Part shown: positions 39,214 to 52,157 of the stretch, in pieces
How the letters are laid out: each line of letters opens with the position of its first letter
Numbering within the stretch: the first letter of the stretch is position 1
Assembly: GCF_964204645.1 (NCBI RefSeq)
Contig: NC_134027.1
Coordinates: 21,104,560-21,168,559, forward strand
Length of the DNA: 64,000 nt
Direction of reading: 5' to 3'
From: Tubulanus polymorphus
Lineage: Eukaryota; Animalia; Nemertea
The notes under the pieces: model-generated
Databases searched by the model: none
Told to the model about the DNA's origin: nothing
What the model saw: only the letters and a program-made list of their open reading frames with translations
Program-made: the position numbers and the translations under genes

Positions 39214-41365
39214 GTAAGTCGACATGTCGCGGACTGCGCTCGCTTGCTCTCTCTCTCTCTTCTCTCATGATCATACATCATTATCGCTAACTAAACTTCT
39301 GATTCACGTCGAATTTCGAACGAAGTAGATGTCTGGCGAATCATCCATCAATCCAATCAACGCTCATCGGGGGGGGGGGGGAAGATATTTTTCACCAAAG
39401 AGTTGTTATCGAGCGGGGATTTGTGTAAGATTTTATATCGTAACCCTTGATATTTCGTATTTTGTCAACACGTTTATCTATGTGAAGGTCGTTGATGCGC
39501 ATGTCTTTCCGTCGACGTTCGTTAATGACGATCTGAATCGGCGAATATAGCTGACATTTTTAATTCCGGCGGAATTTTTTCGATTTTTCTATGGCTTCCG
39601 TTATGAGACCCTTGTTTTCGAGCTGAGTGTCCGTCTTTCATCGACTTTTTTAATAGTGGGCTGATCTCGATGAAACAATATGTTAGTGCGGGGTCGAGTT
39701 GTGCCGCGCAAAGAATGGGTCCTGTGTGCCATCTAAAAACTATTTCAACGATACGTCTTTGAAAATGAGGGGGTCGAAATTTATTTAAAAAATTGTCTCG
39801 TCAAAATTAAGCTATTGGCACTAGATTGGCCTACAACATATCCAAAATACAATGGGAACTATAACGCATGGTAATTTCGCATGGTAATGGAGTTTGATGC
39901 TGAGCCCGAAAACTGTTGTCGCATATGGCTCGTGATCACTTTTAATCCCCACGATTAACTAGACTTCGATATGAATACTTAGTACCATTCTACCTTATGA
40001 TGATTTGACAGCTCAAACACTTATAATGACTCATAGTATATGGCCGAAATGTTGGGCGAGGGGGGGCAAACTTGGGGGTCAAATATCTTTAGGGCTAATT
40101 GCGTAATAAGAAATGGGCATTCCGGCAGCAACCTGCTGACCCCTTTTCTATTTCCATTCAATTTCTAACTTGTATCTTCCGTTTAACTGAAATTGCTCTT
40201 TTCAATCGAAACCAATAGGATGCATTATCAATATCATGTGATTACTATTGTTATTACTATCATTACTCAATTCTCTGCACTTGCACAAGGTACCTAGGTG
40301 CAGTGACCTGTACAGCCCCTTACGCTCTCACTGTCACCTTCATTTAACTTTACTTCATTTTCTCTTTATTGTCATTATTCGTGGAAATGTAAGTCGAATG
40401 AAAAATGAATTATTATTATCGTAAAATGGATGCCATCAGCGGAGTACGTTGTCGGAATATCGGTATTGATCGCTACATTTATGTACACACGCATATAGTA
40501 ATCGGGTGATTTGCTGCCTAATTCGAAAAATTAAACTGCTCCGGTAACCCTACTTTAGCTGAAATGTTAGGTCAGTCCCAGCTGATGATTTTTATTTAAA
40601 CGTAATCATTTGTCATAGGCTTAGGCGCGAAGATTTTTGTCCGGCTGAATGCGTAGAACTTTTTCTTGAGTTCGTTGAATTAATCGACGAGCCCTTTTCC
40701 TTCGGTATCCCCGTATGACATTATTAACTGTATTTTGAAATTACTCGAGAATGTTTAGAAAAATGTTTCTTACATGTGAAAATGTGCAAAAAGTGAATAT
40801 TTTTGAAAAAAGTAAGAAAAAATTGGGAAAAAGTATGTAAAATTTTGTTTGAAAATTCTTGTCAGAAAATGTCCATGTAGGCTGTATATGTTCTTTTATC
40901 TCTGGTCTTTGCTATCGTCTAGTGTCAAGCATCGATTTGTATATCCTAATTATAGGTCAAAATTGTTTCATCGTCTTTAAAAATGTTTTAACTATGCAAT
41001 TCTTGCTTAAAACCTCAATGAAAATGGATGAATCGCGTTAGGAGTATGTCCCTTTTAAAAAAAATCTATTGTTAGGTGTGTTATTCTGAATGGAGTCTGT
41101 ATTTGGTATGAAAAAATGTGAAAAATCCTTCGGTCAGGTGCTCAAAAGTCGTTTAGAGTTAACCAGTGGATAGTTGACATAGTAACAATTAAAAGTTCAT
41201 CTTTACTATGGTATTTATCCTTTGGTTATCTTTTTGCAACTTTTGAGCAAATGACCCCTTGTTTTTTGAAGAAATGTGAAAAAGTGGATAATGGCAATAT
41301 TGAAAAAAAGTGGAAATTTCTGAATCTCGCATCTCATCCATGTCCTTGTTATTTTGTCGTTTCAG

Positions 41366-41536
41366 TCAGCGTCTCCGAAAAGGGAACGGAGGAAGCGACG
41401 CTTAAAACCGCCCGGTTTGGAAACGGCCGATATGATTTGCGGCGTATGCGGCGACAAGGCCCACGGTTACAATTTCAACGCGATCACCTGCGAGTCGTGC
41501 AAGGCGTTCTTCAGAAGAAACGCGTTAAGAATGGAG
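41366..41536 (+). CDS. Hr96: Nuclear receptor exon 2: basic NLS-like stretch and zinc finger 1
   Basis: tttcag acceptor, GAG|gtatgt donor. Encodes [14 protein letters not shown]...[33 protein letters not shown]; the CESCKA P-box is characteristic of NR1J (HR96/DAF-12/NHR-8). Confidence 0.96.
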
Positions 41537-44500
41537 GTATGTCGCGAAGGTTTATCGAGGCCGAAGCTAAAATCGGAAAAAAAATGTTGAATTCGTCCGC
41601 GGCTCAACTACGTCGAAATGACCTCGGCGGCGGCTGCACTGGCTGCAGTAGCTCAAAAGTCGGTTAAAGTGAACCAGTGGATAGTTGACATAGTTGACAA
41701 TTCAAACTTCATTGTTGAGCTAAAAAAATTCCTTGTTTGTGTTGAGCTTATAAGTCGACTCGGCCGGCTGCCTATCGACCTTGTACTACATTACTTCTTT
41801 TAAAATCGTGACCAATTTTACCATAACAGACCCTGCAGCTATAGAAATGAACTGATTACAAATTATATTATATTTTACGAAATGACCCGGCGGCCGCTAC
41901 GGAGATTCGAGCTATCATTTTTGTTTAGCCTTACTTTGGTAGTTATCCGCCCGCTATCTTTTACCAATTTTTGAGCGACCGACCCCAGATCGACATGAAC
42001 AGTCTTATCGAGGATATTCGGCGAAATTGATGTTCACCGAAAATTCATCAGACCGAGTTTGTAGACGTTTGAAATCTTATGCGTAACAAAAAAAGAAAAA
42101 CGTTACAGCATGGTCGGTTTCAATCGATAACACTTTATTCGATAGGGTTGCCTCGATCATAACCTAAGGGTGGCTCCATGTCATTCCATTATTGGTAGCA
42201 TCGGCGAGTAAAGACGTCCAGCTGCGTTGCCTCCTGAAGCGTCCTGCATTGCGCCTATGAGCAATTATAACGTCGAGATAATTTCTTGTAGCTATGTCTC
42301 AAATTTTAATCAGCGCGCATAATTTCTAATAAATTAACCTCAATGACGATGATAGTTACTATATCTCTTAGTGATTCCAATCAAAGCATTATACGGGAAG
42401 AATTCTTTTTGAATAGGCCTATATCCCCCCTCCAGCAAGCTAGTTGCCATTAATAAGAATAAATTGCTGATAATGAACGAATCATGGTAATAGCTTCTAA
42501 TTTCGATATAGTTTGGCACTTATTTTGTATGATTTTAATTATTCAAAAATCAGTGAAAATGAGAAATGTTTCCTTTTAAGAAGATTTTCTAGAATGTGGG
42601 TTCATTTGGTGCACGGAGTGCTGCCACACGGAGCTATTAGCCTAATTAAAAATTCTCCCGTTGAAGGCTTTGGCTTTGACTTTCTTGCAAAGACCGAAGT
42701 AAACAAGATGACGATTTTGAAAACGCATTAGGAAATGCTGCGCGAATTCTCAGAAACTCATCCGTCTTCGTTTGAATCCCGCAGCGGCTAGCCGACCAGT
42801 ACCGCGCGTCGCTTTTGAAAATAGTATTCGTCTCAGAGCTCGAGTCGCCGTAATCCTATTACTCCACGCTAATGAAACGGCGTGATCTCTTTTCTAATCC
42901 CCGAAATAGAAGAAAAAAAAAACTATTCATAACGCCTTCGAAGATATATGGTATTCATGAGATGAGTTGGAAGATGGCGTCGGGCTTATATTTCACCAGA
43001 AATCCGAGATAAATGAATTCGCGTAGTCGACTCAACATTAAAAAACTAAATACTACTACTACTACTACTACATAGTTTTACGGAACCTTCCTCTGAAGAT
43101 GAGGTCTATATAATGTGTTGTCGCGTTGTATTTCAGGTGTGTAGAAAGTCGAACTGTGACTGTTTTTGGAAGATGGGTTTTTATGGAGTTGTGAATCAGA
43201 AGATGGAATATATTAATGCAAGGGAGTCGTAAGGGGGGTCTCGATACGCCAGGTTTCGATGGGTTCCTTAGATATCGGTCTGAAAACACCTGATCGACCT
43301 TTTTCAATGAATACGGAGATGCCCAATCCCCTGAAGCCTTGAGAATTTATGAAGCCTTCTTTTTGGGTTTTTTCGGATGCTCGCAATATTTTTTCCATTA
43401 CGTAATAATTGTGTTAATTCAACCGATTATATTTCGTTATCTGATTTCTAAATTAAAGCCTCGGTTCCGTACAGGCAAACCAGGAGTGTGGGCGAGGCAT
43501 CAGTCGATTCATAGGAAACCCCTCCAGAAAAAAAAGAATCAGTTCCGCTCATTTATAATCAAAAAAGGAAGTAAGGAAACATAACACTTACAACTTCATA
43601 TCACAACATATTACGAAAAAAATGCCTTTATTTAGTTTGACTTTTGTTTATATCAGCAGAAATCGCTGTAATCAGCGGAAATCAGAGGACAAATATGAGC
43701 ATAAAATTTTCTCGGGGTTCATGAACCCCTGACCCCCTTCAGCTCCAAACCAAGTTAAAAACGAACCGACCCTAATGCTACGGCCTGTCTGGGCAGGTGG
43801 GCCGTGGGTTTTTCGAGGGACTGCCTCAATCATATTTATCGTGGAAACTAAGTTTCTGGATAACGCTAATCGGAAAGGTTTAACTCCCTGGTTAAAAATG
43901 TTTTCCGTGAATATGCGGTGTTGAAGATATTTATGACCTGGTTATAATCGTCTACTGCTGGTGGTAACTTGGTCAGCAGTAATGTCATGAACTTTAAACA
44001 AACCAGTAAAGGTTCAACAGGCGGAGTGCTGAACTAATATTGAACTGGGTTTCCATTTAGCGCTCGCTCTCCGGATGGTTGGCTGATAGCCAACCTAATT
44101 AATAGGTATTCACACAAGTGACAATGAGATTTGATTTGCGTAAATGACGTAAATCAATAAATAAATAAATGGTTAAATGTTTTCGCTAATCAACAACCTT
44201 GCGTAATATTAGTTAGTTCGTCCGGGGTGTTAATTTGATCACTGAAATAATATTGCTATAATTGTGTCATTTCTTATTTAAGCTTAATCCACATCAGCCC
44301 TTTGATGTGAGGTCAAACATTATATAAGAAAGCAATGTAATGCTGAACAAAAGGAGCTGTTAATGATTCTGCCGATAGGGAGACCCCTGTGTTCCAAGAA
44401 AATTGAGTTCAACCTAGAATATTGGCAAGAATAAGAATGGCCTTTTCAGGCATATGAAATCTATATATTCCCAGGGGTTCATATGGTATCATGGGGCTAG

Positions 44501-45226
44501 TTTTATTGGCCAATATTAACAGGAAACCAAGTGGTTGACTCAATCCAACTCAATTGAGTTTTAAGTTAACATTTCTTTATCTTGAAATATGGATTGTCCC
44601 TGTTATTTATTTGATTGGTAGATTTGGTCTGATTTGCTTTCATTTTGTGTCGCTCATAAACCCACCACACCTACCGGAAGCGAAACAGGGGGTTTGATTT
44701 TAAAATCGGAATTCGAAGTACAGAAGTAGTTGTGCGATCGGCGGTCAAAATTACAGATTATTGTGTTTTAATGGGATTACGAAATCGGTAAAAGTTAACT
44801 TTTACCACGATTCAACTAAATTGAGTTAATACTGCTCTATTTTTTGGGTCGTATCCTTTGCTAAAAGCTTTCATCAATGGTACCAATCCTGTAATTAGGC
44901 AGTTTTAGAGGTTGTAATATTATGATAATTTTCCGGGGCAACCTTATTTCCGCGAACCTGTTGCACCCATCCAGAAATCGATATACATAGAATATTCTAA
45001 AATCATCAACACACCGAATCTGCTTGCCCTTCCCACCACTACTTCTACTAGTTAAACAATCCCTAAGATTTTTGTTGTCAATCCCGTTGTTTTCCGACCT
45101 CATGACACAACTTCTAAACTCGTTGTGTTGTTACTCAAGGTTTTCAATTTAACCATAGAGTTTTCGGTTTAACCTTATCCTTATATTGTGGGTTGCGTGT
45201 GGTGACGTTTTCAATTCTATTTTCAG

Positions 45227-45344
45227 GTGATAAAATGTAACTTCGATGGCACGTGTAAACTCGATCCCCATACGAGGCGATTTTGTACGGAATGCCGCCT
45301 TAAGAAATGTTTTACAATCGGAATGAAAAAAGAATGGATTCTGA
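45227..45344 (+). CDS. Hr96: Nuclear receptor exon 3: zinc finger 2 (absent from the ORF track)
   Basis: tttcag acceptor, A|gtaagt donor. Encodes VIKCNFDGTCKLDPHTRRFCTECRLKKCFTIGMKKEWIL. Confidence 0.96.
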
Positions 45345-45742
45345 GTAAGTTTTTACCCTTGACGTCCTTCTTCCTCCCCTCTCACGCGTATTGACCTTAT
45401 TTCACAAATCCCAGTCCTTCTTGTCTTCCAGGCTCACCTCCACTCATTCATCCCTCATCCTACCTCATGCCACCCATTTCATCCTACCTGATTCTATTTC
45501 ACTCCCTCCTGCCTTCCCTTTCTTAGTACTACTTGCGCGTAACAAGGATTGTGGACACTGGGCTGGATATTTGCAGGCAAACCCAGATAATCCGGGTATG
45601 AATGTCTGTCCATTGATACATAAATGTACATGAATTTTGATTCAATCCGGATCTCATCAACTGGACAAATTTCATCGGCCTCAAATAATCTGATTTAAGC
45701 GGATTCTACTGTAAGATGTATTATTGGAATTACTGTTTCTAG

Positions 45743-46323
45743 GTGACGATCAGTTGATGAAAAGACGAGAAAAGGGCGGAAAGAAAGAGAAAAATTCCTA
45801 CAACGTCAACAACACGTTTCATCATCAAAATAGTCAAAATAATAAAATCGAACAGTCAGTTTCGAACATGTCAAACATGTCGTTATCGCCTGGCAACTAT
45901 TCCGACCAATCCGATCAATCGTTACATCAAATCAGTCCGATCGACCATTGCGCATCGATGGATATGTTACCTATCTCATCACCGACGGCGACGACAACGA
46001 CGATGACGACCTTCGTCAAGGTCGAACCGGATTCGCCGCCGACGTTACAAGAATCTCCGTCGTCGTCGTCGTCGTCAACGACGACGTTGCCATGGCAATC
46101 GAGCGGCAACCAAGTCGAAATGGATATCGCGACGTTAGAACAGTTGCTAGCGACGACCGTCGATGCTCCGTACACGGAACGAGACACTCAGAAATTTTCG
46201 CCTAATTCGGCGAGTGATATGTTCAATATGGCTGACACGTTCATTCGACGATTTATCAAATTCTGTAAGAGTTTGCCTGAATTTTCCGCGTTATCTCAAA
46301 CGGACCAAATTGCCTTACTAAAG
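45743..46323 (+). CDS. Hr96: Nuclear receptor exon 4: S/T-rich hinge and LBD helices 1-4
   Basis: ttctag acceptor in phase 1, AAG|gtaagt donor. Ends with the LBD signature FIRRFIKFCKSLPEFSALSQTDQIALLK. Confidence 0.95.
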
Positions 46324-46937
46324 GTAAGTTGAATCAGTCGCAGATATTCATGCTCTGCCTGAATCCACCCCACCCCCAAAGTGGCACACGTCTTCAGGAC
46401 TTTAGCCCAGACACTTTTTATTCAAAATGACCTGGAAACACCAAATATTAGACATATCAGGACATTTTAACCCTTTCAATGTGTCTACACCGCATGGCAG
46501 TGTAAAGATCAGTGATGGATATAGCTAGCACACGGCATCGTGGTGTATCTGTAATTGGTCATCAATATTTATCCCAATTGAAGGATGGCAGCACCTGTCA
46601 TACATAAATGAAATATAAGTAACTAATCTAATGATACACTGCACTGCAGTGTAGAGATGCACTGTAGATGTATGCTTGTTGTACATCAACTGTGCCAACA
46701 GTTTTGTTTCAATGTCCAAAGAAGGTTGGTTCAAGGCTGCAGATTGACATCTGCAATAGTATCAATGTATAGTTAACAATAAGCGAAGATAAGTGAATTC
46801 TTTCTATCTTCAATATGAAACCCTTTCTCCGAACTCACCACTTCAATTCATACAATACAATAAGTAGGGTCGCCAAATTTTACTCAATTTAAGTGTTAGT
46901 GAAAGTCTGAACTAAACAATGAATTTCTAGCCAATTA

Positions 46938-47098
46938 CCGTGGAATCTCGTCACAGCAAACTTCATGGGACCAGAAAATATGTTCGTTATAACCGATAAT
47001 TATGAAAATAATTAGATTGTCTTACGGGGGATGAAATTCTATACTTGTTACATCCGATGAATCGTCGTGCCCGAGTTCGTTATAACGAGGTTCCACTG
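46938..47098. mobile_element. pogo/Tigger-type MITE; copies also at 59502-59682 and 62674-62819
   Basis: TA-C(A/C)GTGGAA ... CGTTATAACGAGGTTCCACTG-TA termini. Confidence 0.75.
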
Positions 47099-47217
47099 TA
47101 GAAATCAGTTCGTAAATAGAATTCGATCGCGGCGCCATAAAAAAAGATACGCTCGGATACCCCAATGAACTCTCTTTGTCGAAATGACGATTTCATTTCT
47201 CGTTTTTTTTTTTGCAG

Positions 47218-47718
47218 GGTGGTATAATGGAGGTGATGATATTGCGCGGAGCGTTGAAGTTCGACCCGGTGGCGCTGTCGTTCAAGTTCACCGAGGCGAT
47301 GAAAGGAATCGGCAGTATCAACTCGTCGTTGATCGACAAGAACCTGTCGGTGCCGGACAATAGTCAGTTGCAGTACCACGGCAACGCGGTGCACTTTTTC
47401 AAATCGATGAACGATCTCGTGCACGGCAACAAGACGTGCATATTACTGTTGTTGCTGATCGAGTTGTTCTCGCCCGACCGGCCGAACATCGACAATCGCG
47501 TGAAGGTCGAATACGCGCAGGAGCACTACTCAAACCTGTTACAAAGACACATCGCGAATATCTACTCGGCCGACGAGGCGAAGGGCCTGTATCCGAAAAT
47601 TCTGATGAAACTGGTCGAGGTACGTGAACTCGGCGATACGTCGTCGAAAGCGGCCGCGCGCATCAACGTCAGCGACATGGAGCCGCTGCTAGTGGAGGTT
47701 TTCAGTCTGTCGACTTGA
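47218..47718 (+). CDS. Hr96: Nuclear receptor exon 5: LBD C-terminus with AF-2 and stop
   Basis: Poly-T ttgcag acceptor. Encodes GGIMEVMILRG...LFSPDRPNI...YPKILMKLVEVREL...MEPLLVEVFSLST*, matching the NR1I/J LBD pattern. Confidence 0.96.
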   Translation, partial: GGIMEVMILRGALKFDPVALSFKFTEAMKGIGSINSSLIDKNLSVPDNSQLQYHGNAVHFFKSMNDLVHGNKTCILLLLLIELFSPDRPNIDNRVKVEYAQEHYSNLLQRHIANIYSADEAKGLYPKILMKLVEVRELGDTSSKAAARINVSDMEPLLVEVFSLST

Positions 47719-50378
47719 TACGAATCGAAATCATAGGATTTAAAAACGTTAATACTAGAATATATTGTCATATATATATTATATATATATTGTTGTCGGA
47801 TACTGCACTGCTGATTGGTTAATTCGTAAAAAAATATGATTCTACTATATCATATTTTTTCAGTGGATATTATGCGAGTATTTTAGAAATTTCTAGCGTT
47901 TCGAAGGCTGTATTCATCTAGTATCGTGATGTTGTCGAATTACGACCTCGCCCGGTTGTAATAAAATACGAGTGGAATGTTTTGATTCCGGATTCGAATA
48001 CGCACTCGATTCTGGTTCACTTAGATTCTGGGCCCAGTTCCGCGGAGCGGGTCCGTTCAATATACTACCGATGTGAATCTGGTTTGATTTGATTCGAGAT
48101 CCAGTTTCCCAGTTGTGGGTAAAAAATTAACTGAATTTTAGTCCCGAGTTGACCTATAGGTCCGAATTTAGTCCTGTATAGGTTGGCTGATTTTAGATGT
48201 ACATGTATTAAAAGAATTTTTAACATTCTCGATAAGGGAAGATGTTTTATCGATGAGTCTTCTGTGAGTTTCGTCGCAACTTGACCCGAAAAAGCCGTGT
48301 GATAAGGATTTAGTATTTTAACTTTTATTCGTCATCGAAATCTGAACCCGATTTGAACTTGCTGAAATGTGCTACGTAGATATAGGAATAGAAAGTTAAT
48401 GAAGCGATAACCGAAAATTGTTTTCGCTCGGTTATTATTTTTATTCGGAAGTTGAAAAAAAAAACCAGAGCAGAGAAAATCTTAATCATCTCCAGTGCTG
48501 TGCTAAGTATAAGAAATATATATCAAGTTTTGGAAAAATTGATGTATAAAATGTACTAGTACGTTTTATACTTTTAGTGAAAAATTCTTTGTTGAAATTT
48601 GCCGACCGGTGGAACTACATTTTGTCTTAAAAAATGTTTTGTATTTCTTGTACAGAATGGTGGTTTATTCAAAATGTATTGTCAACTACAGGTTTGCCCT
48701 GTTAGTTAATCACCTGGTTAACGAATTGTTCCTTATTATTTTTGGAATATTTCGAAACATGACCACCCGGTTTGTTATTTCAGCAGTATGCCACTATTTG
48801 AATTGGCCTCGTTTTCTGCCAAGTATTGTCCCGATCAAGAGCGATTCACTTTTTGTTTACTTAAACACAGCGGCCAATGAATAGTTGCCATTCATATTTT
48901 TTTCTGGGTCAAATACTTATATGATGCATTATTGATCAGTGAATGAGAACATGTGGCCTTGAGTTCTTGTTAAAGGACACAAACAGCTGTGTGAACAAGT
49001 GTGTGCAATGTGTAACCTCGTTAAAACAAACCCAAATCACCTTGGATAGAAATAAGCAGAAATGACATAGGTGATCTAATAGGCTTCCCGGAGTGAACTT
49101 GGGGTAATCAAGGTGAACAGAAAAAATGGCCAAGGAAAAAGTGGCCAGGAAAAAATGGCCAATCAAACATTCTTATTAAAACATTCATAGCTGTGTTCTC
49201 CAAATGCAGAAGTAGCAAGGCTTTCAGTTTCCAAAAAAAGAAAATTTGGTGTAATCTTCTATTTGTCACATTAGCTCAATATACATTTCAAAGCAATTAT
49301 CGGCATTGATAGAATATGTTGACATCCACTCTCGTAGGGGCAGCATATATTTCAAAGGGGGTGGCTAAATTTCTGAGGGGTGGATGTAAAAGTGACAGGA
49401 GTGGCCATCCCTCTAAAACCTGTTGTGGAGAACACCTCACACATACACCACGTGTATATGTGTGGCAAATGAATCGCTGTGCTTCACTTTCTTTTAAATT
49501 TCAATTGAATTCGAATTGACAAATCTCTTCCATGTATGTTTATTATAAATGACAACCTGAGTCGGAAAAGCCGATTTAATATCTTTATTATCGAAATGAA
49601 CTAATTATGACGCGAATGCAAGATGGACTGTTGGTCAAACCACCTGGCGAGATAGCTGGATTCACGGGAAGTCCGTACAAATTTGTAGTTTGATTAGAAA
49701 TCTTGCTTTCTTTCTATGGATTTAGATTGCTCTATTTCAAGTTGAGTCGAGTGAAAATATGCTCTCCGATTTTGCACCATCCTGGCTCTGGGGTGGATCC
49801 AGACTGTATTTAACGCATTGGATAATAATACTTTCTATGTAAGTGCCTTGTCACTATTATATAAAATTTTTGAAAATGTTATTAACTAAGGGAACTTGCC
49901 CCATAGTTGCTTTGAGCTGTGTGCATTGGCTGTGATACAGGTGTGCCCTTGAATGCTGTCTTGAAACAGCCTGGATCCGCCTCTTTGGCCAGTTAATTTG
50001 GAAGAGGCTGCGCAATAACGAAATAACTCAGGGAACTTATTATTAAACTGTCCATAATAACACAGCATAATCTCTTGTTCTATCTCTACCTCTTAGACGC
50101 TTGCCAGGGTAGCCGAACAGACACCCGTATAAAACAGGAATAATTTGCATGATATTGGAAAAAAAAAGAACAAATAGACAGCGAGTGAATTGCTCATTGA
50201 GGGCTCTCGACCTCCAAATCAACTCTTCGTCGTCCTCGTTTTACACCAAATAAAAGTTCTGCCCGCTTTTCGGATGATAGCGACATCTAGCGATATAATT
50301 CGAAACTACAATCAACTGCCTTCGATTTAAAACCCGGAATTGAATTTTCATGTAAAACCTGTAATCAAACTCGCTTTA

Positions 50379-50856
50379 CCCATGAGCACTCGGGAATTTC
50401 ACTAAGTAGTGTCTATTACTCCCCAGAAAATTCAATTGAAAATCCAAATTAATCCCGATACCGAATAGCTCATTCCCAGTTTATTTTCATGTACATGTAT
50501 TACAAGTTCTTGTTATTTTGTTGTAAATAGTCGAGGCTTTCATATGATATAAGATTTGATGAGGTGGGCCACCAAAATCGTATCATTTTGGCCCCCGAAA
50601 TAATCCAGACTAACATGGATTTGAAGGCTCACTTCTGTCATATTCAAACTCCAAATACTCAAAAGATTTTAAATAGGAAGATGTTGACTCTGTATGGTAT
50701 TCTGAGAACTTAGGTGTCTAGTTTATCATAAGCTATTGCATTCGAATCCCACTACAACCGTTTTTGTGCAGCACATGATAAAAGTGTCTGGGAGGATTCG
50801 GGCGGCTTGAGGAATAATAAGGCAGGGCATATACGGGCGGCTTGAGTGCTAATGGG
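50379..50856. mobile_element. piggyBac-like MITE with TTTA flanks; partial copy at about 28339-28650
   Basis: TTTA-CCCATGAGCACTC ... GAGTGCTAATGGG-TTTA. GCACTC.GGAATTTCACTA.GTAGTGTCTA is shared with 28345. Confidence 0.7.
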
Positions 50857-52050
50857 TTTAGTGGTTGAGAGTTGGGACTATCAATATTTCACCGACTTAT
50901 CCTAATGACAGCTTACACTTGTTAATTGAATTATTTTTGATTGTGAATTGGGATTCGGAAATAGAGATGCCTAACTCTGGTCGCACTAAGATCCGATCGG
51001 ATCATCCGCGATTCTGCACATCGCGAGTCCGATTCAGCCAAGACTCGTTTGTCGGATCTCGGCTACACTCAGGTCACCTGAGGTACACGATCATTTTGAA
51101 CCGTATGCTTCAGATGTTCATTGGCTACGACTTTACGATTGGGCGTAAGTACACTCAGGTCACCTTAGATCCGATCCGATCGTCGTAAGAAATAGAACAT
51201 GTCCAATCGGCTTACGACCGGTCACAGATAAACGATCTCAAGTGCACTGATGTCACAAAAATTTTCTGACTAAGAAACGGCGACTGGTTGCAGATTCCTG
51301 ACGATCGGGTCCGATCTTACGCCACCTGAGTTTGGTTTAAGCGATGATCTGCTGACTAATCTGACTGGCGACTAAAACGAGTTTGACTGTTTTGAACACT
51401 TTCGTCAGGATCATCGGGATACGATTCTTTCCAAAAATGTTTAAGATTCGACTGAAACAAATGCCGGTGTAAATCAAATTAATTATTCTGTTGCGGTAAT
51501 TAAGATATTCCTGTTTTCCGGGAATTGGTCCATTAAATTCGAAAGCGGGTGCTTATTTACACGTTGAATATATAAACTTATATATATATACACATATATA
51601 CTAAGGCTACTGTAGATAGGGCATAAATTTATGATTTTATTTATACATAGTAAATCGTCGGTTGTTTTTAATCGAAACGAGGAAATGAAAAGAAATACGA
51701 GTGAAAATGCTTGAAACAAATTCCCGTTTATCGAGCGTCTATATTTACGACCAGTAGACCCTTCCCGAAATGACTGCTGCATTCCTAGATCGAATTAAAG
51801 GCGTTGAATTGATGTCAAAATGAAAAATCTGCAAAAAAAACATGAAAATGTGTGCGAACAATTTCGAGAAGTTTCTGTCGGAATATTTTGATGATATTCA
51901 GAGCGAACAAGTTTTACATGAGCTGTATTATTAAGATCGAAGAAATTTAATTTTGAGCTGTCCAAGATATGAAAAATCCTGGTTTATTGTCGTGAAAGAA
52001 GCCGATTGTAAGGATGTAGGAACAAAATTCCATCATTATCTGACCCCTGT

Positions 52051-52157
52051 GGCCAGTTTTATAGACTGGTATTAACTTAAACCCGGGGGCTAACTTAATT
52101 TATTTTCGATAAAGTTAACCCCCGGGTTAGAAATAATACCAGTCTATGAAACCGGCC
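52051..52157. mobile_element. Palindromic about 107-bp MITE
   Basis: GGCCAGTTTTATAGACTGGTATTA...AACCCGGGGG pairs with CCCCCGGGTT...TAATACCAGTCTATGAAACCGGCC. Confidence 0.75.

Noticed and set aside
45927-47771. Antisense and alternate-frame ORFs overlapping the receptor LBD exons
   Set aside because: Shadow ORFs expected from GC-rich codon usage of the real exons.
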